A stretch of 60,144 bases of DNA, filler included. It is 7 parts of 7 records of this genome, joined end to end, with 100 filler letters (N's around TTAATTAATTAA, not from the genome) between each part and the next. Parts side by side here need not be neighbours in the genome. Positions count along the whole stretch, not along the records: positions 8,658 to 17,123 come from SRR31147125_601; positions 17,224 to 28,785 come from SRR31147125_628; 5 more parts are not named here. The stretch is one strand, 5' to 3'. This document shows, piece after piece, positions 11,144 to 21,558 of this stretch. The stretch's first letter is position 1, and each line of letters begins with the position of its first letter. Under the pieces are notes generated by a model that saw only the letters and a list, made by a program, of their open reading frames with translations, was not told the DNA's origin and did not search any database. Made by a program: the position numbers and the translations under genes.

Positions 11144-14100
11144 TTATGTTCTTATGCCAAACAGCCTGTTAAATGCTATTCTTATTACATTATCGAACCA
11201 GCTAAAATAATCTTTTACTTCGCCACCGGCCTTAAAACTATCGATAAAAAATTTCCCAACGGCCTCGTCATGCAGCAATCCCCATATAATAAAATTTCCA
11301 AACTTGTGGGTAAGTAAATCCCCAATGCTCTCGTGAGATTGATTATAAGACATTAAATCTTCGCGGAAAGTATCCATTTCGGGAAAATCGGAATGAGCTA
11401 ATTTATGATGGATGAAATATGCAACTTCGCGTGGGTAATAACTTTTTATGGTACCAATCATGCTGCACAAATAAGGTCGCAAATCCATCTGGTATTCTTC
11501 ACGTTCACATTTTTTTCTGTCGAAATTCATAATTTCGCGTTCGTGTTTGAAAAGGCCAATAACATAATCGAACAACTGAATTGCACTTTTGGGTTTTCCA
11601 AAATCGGTAACAAGAGTGGCTATATTTTCGATACAATAGTAGAGCAATTCTTTATCTTTTCTTTTAAACGCCATATCAATCAAATTCCGAAAAACAGGTA
11701 GCGGATAAGGATCTCCCGGACGAGTTCCTCCATCGCCGTAATGCTTGCAATAGGCCGCTCCGTACCAGTTTAAAGGATATTGTTTGTAAGGCAACCCTTT
11801 GTTTGCCTGTTCGTTTTTGTGTGCATAAAACAATCCTTTACATCGTTTCGACCATTCTTCTGTTAGATTAGAAAATACATCAAATGCTTCCATATTTGGA
11901 TTATCCGATTTTTCAATGGAATGGAACAATACATACAACATCGACATTTGCATGTAGTCTAAATAGGGCTGGTCGGCCGGTTTATTCACCACATCCATAA
12001 TTATTGGTTTTATACGTTCCCAATCGGCCCAACCCTGCACAACCAGAACCCGCTCAATAAGAAAATAACTAAAAGCATCTCCGGTATCGATTCCTTTTTT
12101 TAGTACATCGTGAAATTGTTCGATACCTGTAATTTGAGGATTGAGAAAAGGAGTGATGTTTGTAAAATTTCTTCGATGCCATTCATCATCTGCACCATCT
12201 GCCGGAATGTTTTCCCAAAAATTCTGATACTCAATTCCGTTATTTACATATGCCACCTGAACCACAGCTTGCCGGCTCATAAAAAACTTTAAAAAGGGCA
12301 TAACAACCTTTATTATTGTAAAGTTTATGGTGAGTTTTTTCAGAATATCAGTCCAGGTCTTTTTAATTTCATCGCTAAGTTTATAATCGTTTCTTTCAAT
12401 AAGCGCATCAATAACCATTAAAAGGCTAAACCTGCCTGCCGGTTCTACAAATGCTTGCTGAAATTCTTTCCGTTTAGAGCCGCTTGCAAGCGATAAAAGT
12501 GAGGTGTCGAGAATATTTCCGGATAAGTGACTAAGAATTTGCTTTCCTATTTCGACATTATATTTTGATATGTAATAAATGTACAGCGAAACATTATCGC
12601 GAACTTTTGCCAACGGATCTGACATTGCTTTCCACAATAATTCGAAAGGAGAATTGTAGCCTTCAAACAAATTCTTTTCGTAGATAGGCGATTTGAAAAT
12701 TTCGTAGATAACCTGGACCGCAATTTTTCGCACCTGTATTACTGGTTTTAGTTTCTCCTGAAGCACCTCTATTTCCTGGTTTAAAGATTGTATCTCGCTT
12801 ATGGTTAATTTATTTTTACCCTTGTTCCCTTTTTCAATAAGAGCTTCTTTTTTTGTAATCTCTTCGCCAATTGGGCCACTCTCCTCTCGCTCGTATTCCA
12901 GTAATTGTTCTACTATAGAACAAACATCTTCGTAATTATCTGTAATTAACGACGAGAGCGTATTCATAACCAGCTGAGATGCTCCATATACCGTACTGTT
13001 TGCAAGATCAATTAAAGTGTATGGATCTCCACCCGTTCGGTAATAATCTAAAACCAAAGCATGACGCAACGCATCGTTAATTACGGCATAGCCTTTCATG
13101 TCGTTTAATTCTTGCTCGTAAGCTTCTACCGGAATAGACAAACCTTTTCGTAGTCCTTCGGTTTCGTCCTGTACAAAAATTCTCGCGTACATGTACTCAT
13201 GAAACCTTTCGTATGTAAAACGAAATTCTTCTCGCGGGGTAGTTTTTTCAACTCTTAAAAAGCCTGCGTCAAGTAGAGTCATAGCCGGCTCCCGCCATTC
13301 CATTGTTGCACCTTTAAACAGCTGGCTTGCCAGTTCATTCAGTTCGTTCGATTCATTTTCGCAAGCCGCATAAAGTTGCTGCATAATAAGCGAATCTGTT
13401 TTTCGGTTTCGCATAACCCGGGTAAAATCTTCTAAAATCATTTTCTGAAGATTTCCACTTTTACTCTCCGACAGTTTCTGTATTCGGGCTTCAAACAATT
13501 TAACTGAATCGAATTGCTGAATATTTTCCGGCAAATTGCCATTTGCATAAATCTGGCAAGCCATTTTTAAAACCATTGGGTCGTGCAATCGCGAGAGCGC
13601 ATAAGCATATTGCGGTTCGTGCAATGTTTCTATTGTTGTAGAGAGGCCAAATTTTTGTTTGTATTTAGGATAAACATCATCAAATTCTTCATCCGAAAAC
13701 CCTTTTAACGAAATGCTTTCGCGTTGCTCAATATCAGGAATATCATCGGAAGTAAAATAAACGGGCAGGTTTAATGTATCTTCTTCTGAACGAATGGCTT
13801 CCTCCCAGGTATATGTTCTACAAGTAATTAACACTTTAAACGCATCGTATTCGTTAAGCATCAGCAAATTATCAATTGCATGCAAAAGAACAACGGCTCC
13901 GTTTTGTTCCGTATCGCCATTGTAATTTAAACACTCATTAATTGCATCGAAAAAAACACAACCTTCGATTTGCTTTTTTTTGCCAGTTTATTAAGGCTCT
14001 CCAGCGTTTTTTTGATGGGAGTTTTAGGTTCACCAATTAATTCTGAAATGGCTTCTTCAATGCTTATTTGCGAAAATATTTTACAATTGAAGGTTATAAC

Positions 14101-15362
14101 CGGCATTCCTTCCTCAACAAATTTTTCAGCAAAATTGCAAATTAGGTTGGTCTTTCCCGAACCTGCGTTTCCCAATAAAACAAAGGCTCTTTTTTCGTCG
14201 AGATTAAAGAAATAATCCCATGCTTTGCTAATCTCTTTTCTTCCAACATAAATACTCGTGTCGTATTTTTCAATCCGCATTTGCCCCAAAAACTTGTTTG
14301 TTTGCTGAGTTAAACGCTCCTTATATTCATCCCAACTTTTTCCGCTGGCTATTTCAATTTTATAATTTTTGCCAATATTTATTTTGTCAAGAACATCATT
14401 AAGAAAAGATACAAAGTGGTCTTTAAAAAGCTCGGTGGTTTTCTTCTTCGCTTTTAAATCGGGCGAAATGTAAACCATCTTTTTTAAGTTCTTTTCGTGA
14501 ATGGACTGGAATAAATATATGGCCCGTTCTTTTTCAGCACCATCTTGTATGGGCAGGTAAATAACAAACGGAGTTATGGCCACAACCTCATCGTCCTTAA
14601 AATGATCGAAATCGTCAATTTCCCGATGAACGAGGTAATATTTTTCGCGTTCCAGTTTATGGTCTGAAAAAATAATTACCCCCACATCACTAAGCCGTGA
14701 ACTTTTTAAAGGAATTACTGCATATTTTCCGGGAGTTTTTTCATCGTTAATAATTTTATCAACCGTAAAAGTGGTTAATTTGGCCAGTGGAGCCATGGCT
14801 TCCAGCATGCGAAACATTCTGGGCTCAATTAGTTTCAATCCATCAGCATATAACTGTTCATCAAGCGAGGTGTCGTGTCCTAAATAAGTATTTCGAAAAT
14901 ATGCAATGCCCTTATATTCTTCTGCTTTTTTGAGCTCCATCCCTGAAGAATATTTCCTTTGGGCTCTGTAATCATTTCATAAAGGCTTGCAATTAATGGT
15001 TCGTCAGGAATCAAATTATGTGCTTCTTTAACTAAAACAATAAATACTCCATTAATCCAACCACCTGTCGACAACGGTTTTTCGACTATGCTGCTGGCAA
15101 CTTGCTGCAATTTTTCAGTAAAGGAAATTTTGCGGTACTTTATTAAACTAAAAATTAAACTCGAACAATATTGAGCCGAGATTTCGTAAAAATCAATGTA
15201 ACGCTTAAATGCTTTCGAATACTCTTCCTGAACAACATTCATTTGGTAGTCGCGCAAAATAGAAGCAATTGAATACGGAAATGTTTTATAAACTTTATTT
15301 AGTTGAATTTCAAAAATCTCTAAATCATCAGGAGAATAACTGGCAACAAATTTATCGTACAT
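11144..15362 (-). CDS. Large STAND/NACHT-type NTPase (~1,400 aa) with N-terminal HEPN-like domain and long C-terminal helical region, split into three ORFs by frameshifts at 14926-14931 and 13950-13956
   Basis: One added base in each homopolymer fuses 14880..15362, 13927..14940 and 11144..13885. Walker A GNAGSGKT (14149-14172); restored Walker B VVFFFDAINE; sensor-1 KVLITCR; DPMVLKM; winged-helix motif FTYERFHEYMYAR; FRNTYLGH near the N-terminus. Confidence 0.82.
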
Positions 15363-15577
15363 AATTGGTGGTTTTCCGATTGCAGGTTTGGATTATGAAA
15401 CTGATTGTAACTTTTGCTAAAAAGATAATTATATTTTTTAGAACGACACATAATTTGTAATTGAATCATAAAAAAAATTAAACCAAATAAATATTATTGC
15501 AAAATAGAAGTGACTGATACTTTTCAATTTATACTAAAATTTGTTTCTTTGTTTAAGACCAAACAAAATCAATACCT

Positions 15578-16897
15578 ATGGGAAACTGGAGCAAATTAGC
15601 ATCTGCAAAACCCGAAAGTGCCTTATCCATATTTTGCGGAGTTCTTGAATATTCAGAAGATATATTAGAAAAAATACTAGACGGCGAAACGTTTGGTTTT
15701 GAAAAATGGCAGACACATATTAAAATTATGAATATGAGTTCGGCCGAAATTCTAAAAGGCTTTAGCAAGTTTTATTACGACAGTTTTGTAAACACAATAT
15801 TTCCGGATGTAGACAACAAAGAAAAACAGTATTACAACAAAAAATTTGCAGATCAGACCATTCGCCTTTCAAAAAAAATTGACACTGTTTATCCTGTAAA
15901 TTTCAGGAAGGGAAAAGAAAACGTGGCTCTTGACATTAAATTTGAATACCTCGATTTATATTTCTTTCCACACGGAATTGTTTTATACTGTTTTAAATGC
16001 GATTTAAAAGATTTCACTCTTGATGAAATTACTCTTATAAACAGTCAGCTTCGGAATATTGGTGGCAACCCTGACACTAAGTTTATAACCGATTTACTTT
16101 CTTTTTTAAACCCAATTGAAGGACAAGAACAAGAAAAAGATTTTGTGATTTTCGGGAATAAGTTAAAGGTATATTCCTTAATTGAACACAATGAAAACTT
16201 ATCGGAAGTTGAAGAAGACAATTTACTGTACGACATGGCCGCTTGCGCGCCAGTTGGGGCTGCCGCAGGAGCAAATTCTTTTTTTAGCCCTTCGGAAGAA
16301 TACTACGAACAGTTAATGACCAGTAATAAAATTTCGGTATTTAAAAACTGGAAAGGAATGGCATTGGTAGACTCTTTTACTTGTTTGTTTAGAAAAGGCG
16401 CCTTAGATAATTTCACCTGGGAAATTGCTTATTTCAATTTACTATATATTCATTCGCTATACAAAAAGAATTTTTTATTTAAAATTAATAAGGAGTTTTA
16501 CGCCAAAGGTGCCAATCAACAAAAACTGGAAGATCTGTTTTTCGATTTTAACAAATACTACAATCAAACACATATTTCGTACAACTTCCTTCCTCCAATT
16601 ATTTACAAAAAGATACTTTTTTCGTTGGCTATAAACGAAGAATTAGATCTTTTAAAAGACGGGATTGAAAGAGCGAATGAAAAACACAAGGAGAAGCGCG
16701 ATAGAATGATAAACAACATTTTAACTGTAATCGCACTGTTAACCATATTTTCTGTAATTTGGGATTTATCGGAATGGCTAAATAAACTAATTGCAGGAGA
16801 AACACATACATATCTTATTATAAGTGGTACACTTTCCGGATTGGTTACGCTAACACTAATACTGTTTCTCATAAAAAATTACAAAAGAGAACATTAA
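15578..16897 (+). CDS. CorA-like membrane protein (large soluble domain, long helix, two C-terminal TM helices, no GMN motif)
   Basis: 439 aa. Charged stalk EKHKEKRDRMINN followed by TM1 ILTVIALLTIFSVIW and TM2 YLIISGTLSGLVTLTLILFLI. Family assigned from topology only. Confidence 0.6.
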   Translation: MGNWSKLASAKPESALSIFCGVLEYSEDILEKILDGETFGFEKWQTHIKIMNMSSAEILKGFSKFYYDSFVNTIFPDVDNKEKQYYNKKFADQTIRLSKKIDTVYPVNFRKGKENVALDIKFEYLDLYFFPHGIVLYCFKCDLKDFTLDEITLINSQLRNIGGNPDTKFITDLLSFLNPIEGQEQEKDFVIFGNKLKVYSLIEHNENLSEVEEDNLLYDMAACAPVGAAAGANSFFSPSEEYYEQLMTSNKISVFKNWKGMALVDSFTCLFRKGALDNFTWEIAYFNLLYIHSLYKKNFLFKINKEFYAKGANQQKLEDLFFDFNKYYNQTHISYNFLPPIIYKKILFSLAINEELDLLKDGIERANEKHKEKRDRMINNILTVIALLTIFSVIWDLSEWLNKLIAGETHTYLIISGTLSGLVTLTLILFLIKNYKREH

Positions 16898-16963
16898 ACC
16901 AGCTACAAAAAGAACAAATCCTGCAGGTATAAAAAATCCAATTAATCAACTAAATTCTCAAAT

Positions 16964-17095
16964 ATGCTTTTCGGGAAATCAAAAGAAGTTAAAAATTACA
17001 AGCTTAAAAGCATTAAAACCTTTGCCTGGGATCGAGTAATGGGCAAGAATAGAAAATACCGAAAAGTTTTTGATAAAAACGAAATTAATTATTAA
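16964..17095 (+). CDS. Probable 5' fragment of a larger gene at the contig end
   Basis: MLFGKSKEVKNYKLKSIKTFAW...KYRKVFDKNEINY, with a stop 28 nt before the contig end. Confidence 0.35.
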   Translation: MLFGKSKEVKNYKLKSIKTFAWDRVMGKNRKYRKVFDKNEINY

Positions 17096-17123
17096 AAATT
17101 GCTAGTCCGTAATAGTGCCACGA

Positions 17124-17223
17124 NNNNNNNNNNNNNNNNNNNNNNNNNNNNNNNNNNNNNNNNNNNNTTAATTAATTAANNNNNNNNNNNNNNNNNNNNN
17201 NNNNNNNNNNNNNNNNNNNNNNN
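17124..17223. other. Artificial contig spacer
   Basis: N44-TTAATTAATTAA-N44. Confidence 0.99.
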
Positions 17224-17425
17224 TACAAAACATTTATTTTGGACAAGAGTGATAAAATATATAAAATATTTCATCTCTGGCACATTTGCCAAATTTTTAT
17301 TACATTGTCCGAATTAATTAACAAGAAAATTCTCTTTGAATTTTAACAATATATTGCTAATCTGAAAGAGAAAAACGAGGCCCATATTCTCCTGGCCTCG
17401 ATATGGATGGTAGAGGTTGTAAATC

Positions 17426-18283
17426 ATGGAATTGAACGGTACAGGATTGGTACTCGAAGGTGGAGGACTACGGGGTGTGTATACGTCTGGAGTTCTTCGG
17501 TTTTTTATGGATAAAAAGCTCTGGTTTCCCTATGTCATAGGTGTTTCGATGGGGGCATGTAATGCTGCAAATTATATATCCAAACAACCGGAACGGAACC
17601 GAATCGTTAACATACGCTATGTCAATGATCCGAGATACCTCAGTTATGTTCGTCTTTTAACAAAAGGCGAATTGTTTGGAATGGCTTTTATTTACAAAAC
17701 AATTCCATTCGATTTGGTTCCATTTGATTTTGATACTTTTAATAACAACTCGCAAAAGTGTATTACAGCTGTAACAGATTGTTTTAGCGGTGAACCTGTC
17801 TATTTTGAGAAAAAGGATATTGGCGACGATTATTTTGAAATATTAAAAGCGTCGACAAGTTTGCCTTTTATATCAAAACCAATACACTATAACGGCCGGA
17901 TCTTTATGGATGGAGGTATTTCTGATTCCATCCCGATTCGTAAAAGTATTGCAGATGGCAATAAAAAAAATGTGCTTATCCTCACACAGCCCAGGGATTA
18001 TAAAAAGTCTCAGGAAAAATTGACAAAATATAGCACATTATTTTATTCCAGGTACAAAGGACTTTGTGAAGCCCTGGAAAACCGTCACATCAGGTATAAT
18101 GAAACAATGGATCTGATAAACCAGCTTGAATCGAACGGTGATATTTTTATCATCAGGCCACAGCATTCGCTTAATGTCGGCCGCGCAGAGAGAAATAAAG
18201 ACAAGCTATACAATACCTATGATGTTGGCTACTCTGATGCCTCAAAAACATACAACGACCTGTGCTCCTACTTGGAATCTTGA
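17426..18283 (+). CDS. Patatin-like phospholipase
   Basis: GGGLRG oxyanion loop, GVSMG nucleophile elbow, DGG motif. Confidence 0.92.
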   Translation: MELNGTGLVLEGGGLRGVYTSGVLRFFMDKKLWFPYVIGVSMGACNAANYISKQPERNRIVNIRYVNDPRYLSYVRLLTKGELFGMAFIYKTIPFDLVPFDFDTFNNNSQKCITAVTDCFSGEPVYFEKKDIGDDYFEILKASTSLPFISKPIHYNGRIFMDGGISDSIPIRKSIADGNKKNVLILTQPRDYKKSQEKLTKYSTLFYSRYKGLCEALENRHIRYNETMDLINQLESNGDIFIIRPQHSLNVGRAERNKDKLYNTYDVGYSDASKTYNDLCSYLES

Positions 18284-18339
18284 GAAAATAATTTTACTTT
18301 ACATGATATTTGTTTTTTAGACACCCATAAGGAGGACTT

Positions 18340-19890
18340 GTGAGTCTTAAAACTACTAATAATGTCAGTCGTAGAAATTTTTTAAAAACCACAGCCACCA
18401 TTACAGCCGGGATGTCAGCTCTGACTTATAGCCATTGTCAAAGAGGGCCTAAAGATAAAAGACCCAACATTCTCTACTTGATGACAGATCAGCACAGGGG
18501 CGATTGCCTGGGCTGTGCCGGTAACAGTGTTATAAAAACTCCACATATGGATTCCATAGCCCAAAATGGTGTCCGTTTTTCCAGCGCATATAGCTCCACT
18601 CCAAGCTGTACACCTGCCCGAAGTGCTCTGCTTACAGGTATGTCACCCTGGCACCATGGTATGCTGGGTTACGGCCGCGTTGCACCACAATATCCAATCG
18701 AGTTACCCCAGGCTATACGTGATGCCGGTTATTATACATTTGGTATTGGCAAAATGCACTGGTTTCCGCAAAAATCATTACATGGATTCCATGGTACACT
18801 TGTGGATGAATCCGGCCGGGTGGAAACAAAAGATTTTATAAGCGATTACCGTCGCTGGTTCAGAGAAAAAGCACCAACCATGAATCCTGACGCGACAGGC
18901 ATAGGCTGGAATGACTATCGAGCTGGTGTCTACGCTCTCCCGGAAGAATTACATCCGACAACCTGGACCGGAGATACAGCAGTCAATTTTATCAAAGAAT
19001 ACGACAAACAGCAACCGTTTATGCTGAAAGTATCTTTTGCCAGACCCCATAGTCCATACGATCCGCCCAAACGGTTCATGGATATGTATAAAGCTGAAGA
19101 TATGCCGGCTCCGGCAATCGGTAAATGGGCGAAAAAATTCGCCAAACTGGAAACACCTCCCTCATTCAGTCTCTGGCATGGAGATCTGGGCCTGACCCAG
19201 GCCCAAAGAGCCCGCCAGGGATATTACGGTTCCATAAGCTTTATAGACGAACAAATCGGTCGGATAATAAAAGCCCTTAAAAAAAGAAAATTATATAACA
19301 ATACCCTCATCATCCTTTTTTCTGACCATGGAGATATGCTGGGAGATCATTATCATTGGCGTAAAACCTATGCCTATCAGGGTTCAGCCCATATCCCCAT
19401 GCTACTGCAATGGCCGAAAAGTATGGAGATGGATGATAAACGGGGAAAAACGCTTCCCCAGCCTGTAGAACTCAGAGATGTCCTGCCAACCTTTCTGGAT
19501 ACGGTCGGAGCCCCGATTCCTGACATTGTTGATGGCCAAAGTTTGTTAAATTTGGTCAGAGGGCAAACACAAAACTGGCGACCTTTTATCGATCTGGAAC
19601 ATGATGTCTGTTACAGCGAGGAAAACCACTGGAACGCACTCACAGACGGACACATCAAATATATTTTCAACGCCTATGATGGCAGTGAACAATTATTTGA
19701 TCTGCAAAAGGATCCACATGAAATAAACGATCTCGCGACAGAAAAAGCATATTCTGAAACACTTGTATTATGGCGCAATAGACTGGTAGAGCATTTATCC
19801 GAACGCGGTAAGCCATTCGTTTCCAATGGCAAGCTGTTACGTCGGCGCAAAGGAATGCTTTATTCACCCATGTATATTAAACACGTCTAA
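18340..19890 (+). CDS. Tat-exported Cys-type (formylglycine) arylsulfatase
   Basis: SRRNFLK twin-arginine signal; CTPARSALLTG signature; GKMH; SDHG. GGAGG RBS before the GTG. Confidence 0.92.
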   Translation: MSLKTTNNVSRRNFLKTTATITAGMSALTYSHCQRGPKDKRPNILYLMTDQHRGDCLGCAGNSVIKTPHMDSIAQNGVRFSSAYSSTPSCTPARSALLTGMSPWHHGMLGYGRVAPQYPIELPQAIRDAGYYTFGIGKMHWFPQKSLHGFHGTLVDESGRVETKDFISDYRRWFREKAPTMNPDATGIGWNDYRAGVYALPEELHPTTWTGDTAVNFIKEYDKQQPFMLKVSFARPHSPYDPPKRFMDMYKAEDMPAPAIGKWAKKFAKLETPPSFSLWHGDLGLTQAQRARQGYYGSISFIDEQIGRIIKALKKRKLYNNTLIILFSDHGDMLGDHYHWRKTYAYQGSAHIPMLLQWPKSMEMDDKRGKTLPQPVELRDVLPTFLDTVGAPIPDIVDGQSLLNLVRGQTQNWRPFIDLEHDVCYSEENHWNALTDGHIKYIFNAYDGSEQLFDLQKDPHEINDLATEKAYSETLVLWRNRLVEHLSERGKPFVSNGKLLRRRKGMLYSPMYIKHV

Positions 19891-19999
19891 TATTCAGAAT
19901 CCGATTCGCTTAATATACTCCTCATAATTCTGAAACCTGTTCTCATTATGTATCCTATATTGTCACTATTAAATTTGATAAATATGACGGAGAATAATA

Positions 20000-21424
20000 A
20001 TGTCTATCCAGGTTCAGTGGAAAAAAGGAAGATTCAAAAGAATCCTCTTTAGCAATACAACACTTTTTTTACTATTCCTATCAATTAGCACATTACCGGC
20101 ACAGCAGAAAACAAAATCAGTTTATATATCCATGGGAGAGGCCATCTCAAGGGCACTCTCCCAAAACAATCAGGTTCGATCCAGTCAGTTTGCTGTAAAA
20201 CGGGCAATATGGAACCAAAAAAATGCATGGACGCAGTTATTACCCTCGCTCAGTCTCAGTTCCACTTATACCCGCATTGATGACCGGACCTTTGCGGAAA
20301 GAGATTTTCGCCGTTATTTACCGCCGGAACTGGCCAATCAAATCCCTCAAACGGTTTTTCAAACATCATACTATACCTCCCTCGATGTGACAGTGCCTCT
20401 TTTTAATGGCGCCCTGCTAAATAATATCTCAATTGCAAATGCCAATAAAAACATTGCCGTTCATATGAGTAAATCAACCCGGGAGAGTATCATCTTTCAG
20501 GTAATAAGCAATTATTTAAACGTATTACAGAGTAAAGAGATCTTAAAATTGGAACAGGACTATCTAGATCTGTCCCGGTTAAATTATGAAAAAGCAACCC
20601 GTCTTTATAATGCCGGGCGTTATTCCATGACCGAGGCTCTGCGCTGGAAAGTGGATTTTCAGCAGCAAAAAAGTAAAGTAACGGGTATGGAATCTATCCT
20701 GCGAAACAACATGGCCCTTCTTAACCGGCTCCTGAGCAGGGACATGCATGAGCCAATTGACATTGAAAATAAAATTCCGGATAAATTACTCCAGGAAAGT
20801 AAAAGAGTGCAGCAATTATCCGACAAGGATATACTTGATTTGATACTTGTTGATGACGCCACACTCATCCGAATTAACGCCGCACTTGCAGCCGCTTTTT
20901 CCAATAAAGAAACGAGCAGGTTATTGTACCGCAATTCCTATACGGATTTTATGCCAACTGTTTCGGCGAGCTACTCGTACGGTTGGCGCGAAAACAATAC
21001 TATTTATCTGGATGACTATTCTCCAACCACATTTATGATTCATTTCAGATTTCCTCTTTTCAAAAGTTTTCAAAACTACACCACTCTTAAATCTTCCTAT
21101 TATGCCTTTCGGGAAAGCCAGGAAGAATTTTATGATCAGCTGCAGGACACACGCCTGTTCCTCACAGAAATCTCGAACAAGATCATTGAACTGAAAACAC
21201 AACTGGAACTCTCCGAGGCAAACGTCGAATACAATGAACACAATTATCGCGTCGTAAACCAGCAAAAAGAAAAAGGACTCGTCTCAAACATTGACTTTAT
21301 TGATGCAAAGCTGAATCTGCAGGACGCAAAGCTCACTCACATAAGTAATCACTATAGTTTTATTTCTGCCATGGTCGAGCTTTATTATCTACTAGGTAAT
21401 ATTGAAAATATTATCGAGTACTAG
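20000..21424 (+). CDS. TolC-family outer membrane efflux protein
   Basis: Signal peptide, OEP-like repeats (LLPSLSLS, VPLFNG, GLVSNIDFIDA), directly upstream of MFP and RND genes. Confidence 0.88.
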   Translation: MSIQVQWKKGRFKRILFSNTTLFLLFLSISTLPAQQKTKSVYISMGEAISRALSQNNQVRSSQFAVKRAIWNQKNAWTQLLPSLSLSSTYTRIDDRTFAERDFRRYLPPELANQIPQTVFQTSYYTSLDVTVPLFNGALLNNISIANANKNIAVHMSKSTRESIIFQVISNYLNVLQSKEILKLEQDYLDLSRLNYEKATRLYNAGRYSMTEALRWKVDFQQQKSKVTGMESILRNNMALLNRLLSRDMHEPIDIENKIPDKLLQESKRVQQLSDKDILDLILVDDATLIRINAALAAAFSNKETSRLLYRNSYTDFMPTVSASYSYGWRENNTIYLDDYSPTTFMIHFRFPLFKSFQNYTTLKSSYYAFRESQEEFYDQLQDTRLFLTEISNKIIELKTQLELSEANVEYNEHNYRVVNQQKEKGLVSNIDFIDAKLNLQDAKLTHISNHYSFISAMVELYYLLGNIENIIEY

Positions 21425-21558
21425 TTCACGTAATTATTTTTAAAAATCACTCATTTTTATACCGTAATAAATGCAAAAAACGAGAAGAATATCATAAGCA
21501 TTATCATGTACGGCTTTAACTATACCAATAATGGGACAATTATTATTTCATCAGCAAA

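Noticed and set aside
13950-14931. Programmed frameshifting or phase variation of the STAND gene
   Set aside because: The same kind of slip occurs in ordinary genes (MarC, DUF58, GDPD, OmpA), so sequencing error is more parsimonious. Not excluded without reads.
15578-16897. Canonical Mg2+ transporter corA, or a type III CRISPR locus
   Set aside because: There is no GMN motif, and no cas genes or repeat-spacer array are visible in the segment.
16897-18283. Patatin as an effector of the STAND/CorA locus (CBASS CapV-like)
   Set aside because: It lies across the 17124-17223 spacer on a different contig and looks like an ordinary stand-alone patatin.
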